Made by a program: the position numbers and the translations under genes. A stretch of DNA of 64,000 nucleotides from the NCBI GenBank assembly GCA_964057225.1, contig OZ059900.1:9796001-9860000 (forward strand), read 5' to 3'. The stretch comes from Auanema rhodensis. Taxonomy: Eukaryota; Animalia; Nematoda. Below are positions 59,401 through 64,000 of this stretch, in pieces. The notes under the pieces are model-generated. The model worked only from the letters and a program-made list of their open reading frames with translations, was not told the origin of the DNA and made no database searches. Each line of letters opens with the position of its first letter. Position 1 is the stretch's first letter.

Positions 59401-61325
59401 TTACAATAATATCGATATTTTTACCCGTAGCATCTGCAAATTCTGTAGTATGTGATGAGGCAAAGTTTTTATCCATACATTTGCTTGGAAACCCACATTG
59501 TGCTCCTCATCTTGCCATGTGGTCATTGTTCTTACCACTTTGTTGTTTATTTGGCATCCTTTGTTGTTGTATACGCATAGGATTCCATCAATATCGATAT
59601 AATTCCTGGTCTAATACTATTCGTTACATATCTTCCTTTTTCACACTTAGACCTTATACTCCGGAACAGAATGATATTGAATTAGGAGTTATTGAACCTC
59701 CTCCAACTTCATCTGAGAATATTCCACATATAGAACCTAAATTATATCCTCCATTTTGGAAAAGAGGTTCTCGATTATCAATTATCAGTATACTAACGAT
59801 ATTTCTGATTAATAATGCTACTGCTTGTACCGATCATCACGTTATTCATTCGGTTTCTACACATTGTCTGAATCGTACTCAATGTTATCACCAATATAGT
59901 GATCAAATAGTTTTTTCTCCTGGAGTTAAAGATTTATGCCTGGATATAAAATTTAAAAATCATTCTATTGGTTATATTCAAATTCGAAAATTATATACAA
60001 GTTATGAATGTAAGAAAACCACAAAATTTTTTACAAAGGCTACTTTGCCTAAACTAACTGTTGATTTTCGATGTGCTCATATGGGATCTTGTGATCAAAC
60101 TTGTGAAACTATGAATCATCGCTCTCGTATTTCTGAATTCGAACCATATAATTATCCAACACAATCCAAATGTGTCCGGTCTTCAGCACATATATGGCGT
60201 TGTTTGACATTTTGGGAAAACCCTTGTCTTTTCTACAAATTAGAACATGTACCTACTTCGGACGACATATTTGAAGTATTTAAATGTGAAGATTGGACAA
60301 CATCTTCAACTTTTGAAATTACAACACATATTGTTAAAGATAAAAATATTTATAATATCACAATTCCACCATATTTGAAGATGAATTACTCTTTTTTCAA
60401 TATGACGATCAATACACAAGACAAACCTCCTACTCCACTTCATAATTATTATTTTGTTGCTTCAAACAATCAAATCTTTGCTGTTGAACCACATTTTCCA
60501 TTTATGGTACAATGTATTTCGAAGGCAGACACTTCCGACAATTTTTCAAGATGTACAACGGTTATCGATTGTACTTGTAACAAAATCAATAATGATGTTG
60601 CTGGCTGTATATGTCCACAACATAATTTCACACATTTTTCTCATATTTTACCTCCGTATATGGCAAACACGGAGACAATCTATAAACCCGATACATCCTT
60701 AACTTTTCGAACTCAGTCTGATGAAACTACAGTTTCAATTGATTCTGAACTTTTATATGACAGTAATACATTTTCCTATGATATACCTTGTCGTCCCTTA
60801 TTGATCAGTCTCTCCGGATGTTATTCCTGTGGGCAGGGTGCATCTGCATTGTTTTCTTGTATGTCATCTAAAGAAACATGGATACCGATCGAGTGTTCAA
60901 AAGATGTATTCATGATTAAATGTTCACCCTTCAATGAAATTACAAATATCAATATTAAAAGAGATAATTCAATTATAAATGAAGTTTGTCATACTAAATG
61001 TAATCATGAAAAAATTGATATAATTGTAACGGGACAATTATATTTTAATTCATCTACTAATGAACCAAATGAAATTCATTCAAATCAGAATTCAGTTATA
61101 ATACCTGACATAATTCCTTTTTTGAAACTTTTTAAAGAACACTGGATGATGTTTTCAATCTGCGTTGTTGTTCTGATCATCATATGTTTTTTGGGATACC
61201 TAGGTTGTACTCCAGCCATTTATTTTTTCTTGATCACAGCTTTCCGTACTATTAAAATCATAATAGATACAACAACCAAGTTTTTCTTTATTCTTAGAAA
61301 TCTTTGTTTTGATAGAAGATTTTAA
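53412..61325 (+). CDS. Gag-Pol-Env polyprotein, 2637 aa (host copy)
   Basis: Gag has IPTFDG and three Pao-type zinc knuckles (CVFC..H..C, CWLC..H..C, CPKC..H..C). Downstream motifs are protease IDSGS, RT LRVVFDAS / IPFGL / YVDN (56328-56339), RNase H FADAS, and integrase H-H-CHLC with D(GCDLFG)-D(SDCG)-E(WERMVG). The C-terminal Cys-rich phlebovirus-Gc-like Env runs from 59826 and has a TM anchor. Confidence 0.96.
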   Translation: MASSFVGDIRRSYDFLSVLLKRYANLLDNEPAGVSDSEITYDRIILLQSTLRNHELVLNELSTALDTVNRNIEKYQTVFKDSDKELRNEMKALYEELEENPNNRQAYNIADEQRLLLLDRISHIKTAIAFVESLLPEKKKEKVIESTGTETTQIYSNLLQLLQTSNHIQRPVTQIPTFDGTPENFKLYWSRFNNMIHQNPQYSILDKVNILLEGLSDKALVVIRGIEPNENNYLLLRKALENAYMRYATDKLQLLRKMKNLSPASDAKSCKQLFDLIQSYDRQITAAGSHIGPEFFFAICAEKFPHYIMSELYRQPDPLDQSMDDIYQHLSSRIYEFSLMDTRKRNSEHDSHNSPNRGKHVDKTFDKSTKKIWTCVFCGKEGHPSYYCRTYDTPQKKREILKNKEVCWLCFSTSHRSRDCSRPKCPKCKNEHNSCLCLNLDRETKSPVKPISSTSMIITESAGQQTPDLTVSQNKNDIISTPTVSQTVPTVQPAFFNHLPVTLIVTEPKNTQLQLLTQTEDTHDIEMSQIVLKTAMTHIFSYTQNKYITVKVVIDSGSMRSFIRSDIATDLQLPINKVQHRTFFGIGGLSETHECKEVKTIFYTSNGSIIITNMLTKPFIATSLRAPLLDNNDRSFIKRNNITLANPMIDGQAFEPDILIGLDRYKLFVHMNSELELPSTLRMQNTSFGYTLYGEIPYQNHSVTLITINDKPLQHNDMLRYIFEIDSLGINTSEAGIDTTIDYYEDYSKQLTLTNHRIEAPLPLKSNYHQLPDNKGLAFYRFLALFKTLQANPSKLEMYRKIIDDYIDNGIIEEVPFETSNNNHNSDIICHYIPHHGVWNTNKPNKPLRVVFDASAKTKGKLSLNDILYTGKSFVNNIFNILIASRIKPIIITCDIQSAFLQVGLQKQHRDLCRFFWVKDPQGSCNSSNTKVFRFKRIPFGLTASPSILNMSVNWYLSSLNTDLSDEILNTLYVDNILLFADSIDEAQQKCSLTQQLFQNISMHVREFASNKSEALQHLHKDDILSDCPLKILGVPYNALSDSLSIRFNIPELSTVTKRNALQQLHSVYDPLGITNPLILPLKVILRDIFALKTEWDDTIPSELSASWTSIINEINYAKVTVPRVLSPSIEEGTLWVFADASSTALAVCAYIQTNNKMSSILAGKSRLSPKTPITIPRMELLAIRLAMRLSHTILMELPCKKLNIVSDSSIALSWILTNKQLPDFIAKQVQNVQHMTRVLEEHSINVQFYHVTTDYNPADIGSRGANKYQLQESMWLLGPQWILNRTVQALTPYGSLQVMHVSPVSLLIAQAISVPLEHNLAYHNGHFATLRLLARLAKIIKIWHLKTFKNQTGHKLRNISQISTSYPVLTTDLKIIRTILIRQAQDHLIINDLRRQYPGYHFYHDDNEIIRVRSRLQNSLLSYDTKNPIYLPRNSLFTQHIIMDAHRASFHQGKEFLITHLRQTYFIARAAAIIKQTLKKCHLCNKYQSLPYGTPDMPSLPKDRVILTKPFLNTGCDLFGPIMLKSGHKVYVCLFTCLTIRAIHLEMVYDQTATSFMNAFTRFIARRGLPTTMRSDCGGNFILGAQLIETIQKSAEFNFTPADIVVHLAKNNINWLFNTPKSPWKGGSWERMVGITKNAMKKAIQRNKLTFDELLTLIVKIEAVINTRPLTHPDPNNINHVPIRPVDFISPGLVLSLPDDCGSRVYNNSIDIPVIQNVEQALETLQLTSDAATMFWDKFQTEYLIYIRDIYKHSRKQPSANANKPNIGEIVVIHNDNLPRGQWKLGRITELISSSDGFIRTAKVLTPAGNIISRSLNHLYPLELRSVLPDMTSIPRSTPSEDTSLSLKVGSASDMMNLDAQPIQEYIIRSNSPVPSIHETNNVVTCPEPIDINNPQKIYIPTSKISSIHNPILEEEAELQLWGPGHTPDDNRKKLQKKNTSKAKQTIILPTIDQNDVKPSTETNEKRVRTLPLRDHITYASRKNFKSAMTSAILIFTIISIFLPVASANSVVCDEAKFLSIHLLGNPHCAPHLAMWSLFLPLCCLFGILCCCIRIGFHQYRYNSWSNTIRYISSFFTLRPYTPEQNDIELGVIEPPPTSSENIPHIEPKLYPPFWKRGSRLSIISILTIFLINNATACTDHHVIHSVSTHCLNRTQCYHQYSDQIVFSPGVKDLCLDIKFKNHSIGYIQIRKLYTSYECKKTTKFFTKATLPKLTVDFRCAHMGSCDQTCETMNHRSRISEFEPYNYPTQSKCVRSSAHIWRCLTFWENPCLFYKLEHVPTSDDIFEVFKCEDWTTSSTFEITTHIVKDKNIYNITIPPYLKMNYSFFNMTINTQDKPPTPLHNYYFVASNNQIFAVEPHFPFMVQCISKADTSDNFSRCTTVIDCTCNKINNDVAGCICPQHNFTHFSHILPPYMANTETIYKPDTSLTFRTQSDETTVSIDSELLYDSNTFSYDIPCRPLLISLSGCYSCGQGASALFSCMSSKETWIPIECSKDVFMIKCSPFNEITNINIKRDNSIINEVCHTKCNHEKIDIIVTGQLYFNSSTNEPNEIHSNQNSVIIPDIIPFLKLFKEHWMMFSICVVVLIIICFLGYLGCTPAIYFFLITAFRTIKIIIDTTTKFFFILRNLCFDRRF

Positions 61326-61405
61326 CATTGAACTAATTCCGTACTATCCTTAAAAATCTTACTATATAAGCATTGTTATTCTCATTTTTGAAATTATTTG
61401 TTGTC

Positions 61406-61876
61406 ATGGATTCTGATTCTATTACAGTTCATAATGAACCATCTTTTGAGGAAGAATTGAAAGATCCTTCCTATTCTAACCTTCCTACCTCTATTCGAAC
61501 TCTTGTTCTCGTTGAAAATCGTTTAAATCGAAAGTTCCAATACATGAGTGAGTATTTGGACAATCACTTCAGAATCATTTCTGAAGCTATGAAAATTCTG
61601 AATGAAAATCAGAATTTGATTCGATTACAAACGCAACCAACGAAAACTTGCCTATTTTGCGATCAAGTGACTACTGATGGTCACCGCACAGGCAATTGTC
61701 CCATCTATTCATCTGTTATGGAGCGTGGAATCCGCGCTCATCAACTGAAATTATGCTTACGATGCTTATCGGCTCTACACGAGCATCCCTGTAGCACTAA
61801 CTGCTACAAATGCAACTCTGATAAGCATCATGGGTCATTATGCGACGGACAACGTCGCAAAAGGCCAATGGCTTAG
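61406..61876 (+). CDS. Retroelement 3' accessory ORF, 156 aa: coiled-coil plus three zinc knuckles plus basic tail
   Basis: ATG at 61406; motifs CLFC..H..C, CLRC..H..C and CYKC..HH..C; ends QRRKRPMA*. It lies between the env stop and the 3' LTR. Confidence 0.85.
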   Translation: MDSDSITVHNEPSFEEELKDPSYSNLPTSIRTLVLVENRLNRKFQYMSEYLDNHFRIISEAMKILNENQNLIRLQTQPTKTCLFCDQVTTDGHRTGNCPIYSSVMERGIRAHQLKLCLRCLSALHEHPCSTNCYKCNSDKHHGSLCDGQRRKRPMA

Positions 61877-61888
61877 CTGCGGCGGCAG

Positions 61889-62190
61889 TGTCGCGGTTAG
61901 CGATTATTTTTTATCCTTTTTTCTATGTTTTGTTCCATTTCAGTTTTGTTTTTATCGTTTTCCTTTACTTTGTCTATTTCAGATTGTACTTTTCGGCCCG
62001 CCTTCCCATATCTTCATCTTTGGGATCGGAAAATACAAGATATACCTCAACCAAACCTCAACGGAGTATAGACGATCTATATTTTGTTGAATTGTTAACT
62101 TTCTCTTTAATAAAGCATTCTACCACTGACTATCTGTTCTATTAATTCTCAGCGGAATACCGACAACCGAATACCTTCGCCGAAGCGACA
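61889..62190 (+). repeat. Host element 3' LTR (302 bp)
   Basis: TGTCGC…GCGACA termini, AATAAA at 62109-62114, followed by the TSD TTGTC. Confidence 0.96.
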
Positions 62191-62422
62191 TTGTCCCTTA
62201 TATTCCAGTGATGTTCGGGTGGGTTTCTACTAGTCTTGTAGTGCTTTTATAATGAAACGGAAATATACCAAATGTTAAAGAATAAAAACTTGTATATATA
62301 TATATATATATATAAATATATATAAGTAGGAATTGTTAGATATAAATGTTTATTATAATAAAAAAACAATAGTTAAAATTCAACAAACAAATTTCAAGTA
62401 GATGCCGGTCATTTGTTAAGTT

Positions 62423-62782
62423 TTATTCAGGTTCATTGAAAACCTCGGCGCTGAAAACAAAATTCAATACAAATCAGAATTACAACACTTACGTTTTCAT
62501 CTTCAAACTGTCATTTAATCCCCTGAATCTATACTTTTGGTACTTAAACTCGGCCAATTCATCAGAAGAGACAAGACATCCATCGCGTAAGCTTTCTTTT
62601 ATTTCCGTAAGCATTGCTCTCATTTTATCAAACATCATACAATGAAGTTTGAGATGTTTCACTTGTAAGGTGTGAGTTAGCCGTTCTTCTACTTGAGTAT
62701 GAGAAGCAAACTCGGTTAACTTCTGTTCACAAAGATCTCTGATTTGTTCATCACTGAGATCGTTTTCGTTGTTCATGCTCAT
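62423..62782 (-). CDS. Small unknown helical protein, ~105 aa (exons 62782-62493, 62450-62423)
   Basis: A TTTCCAG acceptor lies just upstream of the ATG. The open exon MSMNNENDLSDEQIRDLCEQKL… is followed by a 42-nt GTAAGT…TTTTCAG intron and ends AEVFNEPE*. Confidence 0.7.
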
Positions 62783-62996
62783 CTCTTTAACTGGAAATAG
62801 GTACTTAACTTTAAAAACAACAGCAATTCCAATAAAATGATCAAAAACATTAAAAAAACATATAAAATTGTTATACAGAAGAATAATTAAATCGATATAG
62901 TGTTTGAAATTCTCGCAATATCTAATTATCCCGCGTATCATTAGAGCACCGATAACTATTATCTCATAGGTTTTTCATTTCTTCAAAGGATAAAAA

Positions 62997-63115
62997 AGCT
63001 TACGGCACCCGGGATTCCCAAGCCGTCTCCGATCCAAGTACTAACCGGGCCCAACGTTGCTTGACTTGCCAGATCAGACGGGATGGCGTACTTTCAACGT
63101 GGTATGGTCGTAAGC
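62997..63115 (-). rRNA. 5S rRNA gene, copy 2
   Basis: 119 nt, differing from copy 1 at one position that I can see (63076). It has an oligo-T terminator. Confidence 0.97.
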
Positions 63116-63526
63116 GGAGTTAACGTTTAGTTTTGTGCTTATGATAGTGAACTTCACTGACCGTGGTGTCAGAAAGCGTTCCATTTTGTTACATATATGT
63201 CTCAAAGGAAGGCAGCTGACCATGTCAGCTGCTATTATAAAACTAAAGCGGATAGTTTTGAAGACATTGTGAGAACTTTCTAGATAAACTTTTTATAAGT
63301 ATTGTAACATTTTGTGTAAACTGAGTAGGAGTTGTATGGATATATAAGCCTGAGTCTTCAAGACTAAGGCATCTCATTCTCGTCTGTTTCTTATCTTTTC
63401 TATAGCCTAAATTTTTGTGTAGTGATATTATAATACGAACAATAAAATTTATATATTTTATAGCTTGTTTCTTATTTCACCATACATTACACACTTATAT
63501 TTAAAATCATACTCATCTTCTCATAG

Positions 63527-63883
63527 TCTGTTTGGATCTCTCAACTTGGAACCATTGAGAATCTAAATGGAACGCACATAATGTTGGGACAACCCGCCAG
63601 AACGAAGACCACAGCTGACATCTACAAAGCAATGCCGACGTGGACAACACAGATGACACAGCAAGCTGTAGGAAATAGCGAAACCGAAGAAGAAGCATCG
63701 TGGATAGAGATAGGGCAAGACCTATCAGTAGTAATCAAAAAACTACTGGCAAAAAGGACTACCAACATGTCCGCATCAAAAAGAAAGGCGAAAGCAGTTA
63801 GCCAAACAATCAGAACAATGGAGCTGCTTGGAATTGCACACATATCGGAAATGATCAGCGGAATAGAGCAACTGACGGATTAA
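63527..63883 (+). CDS. Possible coding exon/ORF of an unknown protein (ATG at 63581, 100 aa)
   Basis: The frame is open from an AG acceptor at 63526 to TAA at 63883, with higher GC than its flanks and TATATAA at ~63342. I recognise no homology. Confidence 0.4.
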   Translation, partial: SVWISQLGTIENLNGTHIMLGQPARTKTTADIYKAMPTWTTQMTQQAVGNSETEEEASWIEIGQDLSVVIKKLLAKRTTNMSASKRKAKAVSQTIRTMELLGIAHISEMISGIEQLTD

Positions 63884-64000
63884 CGAGAAGAGGGAAGGTT
63901 AAAACCACTTTTTCAAATTTTATATATCTCTCAAAATTTTTTTTATTAATAGTTTGTTTATCTTCAAAAATTTTTTTTTTATCATGTCTATTTTATTTTT

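Larger units (their letters stand above)
43913..62190 (+). mobile_element. BEL/Pao (Belpaoviridae, Cer/Atlas-like) env-bearing LTR retroelement, host copy; 9364 bp once the nested insertion is removed
   Basis: It has 302-bp LTRs with TGTCGC…GCGACA termini, a 5-bp TSD TTGTC (43908-43912 and 62191-62195), a PBS and an intact Gag-Pol-Env ORF. Confidence 0.96.

Noticed and set aside
43972-62190. The two inverted polyprotein copies as an assembly artefact or simple inverted duplication
   Set aside because: Each copy has its own TSD and copy-specific LTR SNPs shared by its two LTRs. They differ by ~11 amino acids, and one carries a unique 455-bp deletion.

Overview
AT-rich eukaryotic DNA from a rhabditid-type nematode, judged from TTTTCAG acceptors, 40-50 nt introns, an UNC-7-like innexin and nematode 5S rRNA. 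Bases 1-28.7 kb are mostly non-coding upstream/intronic sequence, followed by a 14-exon unc-7 innexin gene (28759-34293, +). Next come a 1661-bp-arm inverted repeat (36039-39730), two minus-strand genes for unknown proteins, a four-copy promoter-proximal repeat and a 5S rRNA gene. An intact, env-bearing BEL/Pao (Belpaoviridae) LTR retroelement (43913-62190, TSD TTGTC) is inserted 17-21 bp upstream of that 5S gene's start, between the start site and a TATA-like element at -28..-23. A second, independently transposed copy of the same family (43972-52880, TSD GTTTT) is inserted in the opposite orientation inside the first copy's 5' LTR, 76-80 bp from the same 5S start, creating an ~18 kb quasi-palindrome. 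The host copy carries a 3' accessory coiled-coil plus triple zinc-knuckle ORF. The nested copy lacks this ORF through a 455-bp deletion bounded by microhomology. The LTR holds a 16-nt complement of the tRNA-Gly D-arm in addition to the tRNA-Gly PBS. A small gene and a second 5S gene follow. The leading hypothesis is an enveloped belpaovirus that targets Pol III (5S) promoters and may use a bipartite primer-binding site; both ideas rest on this single locus.
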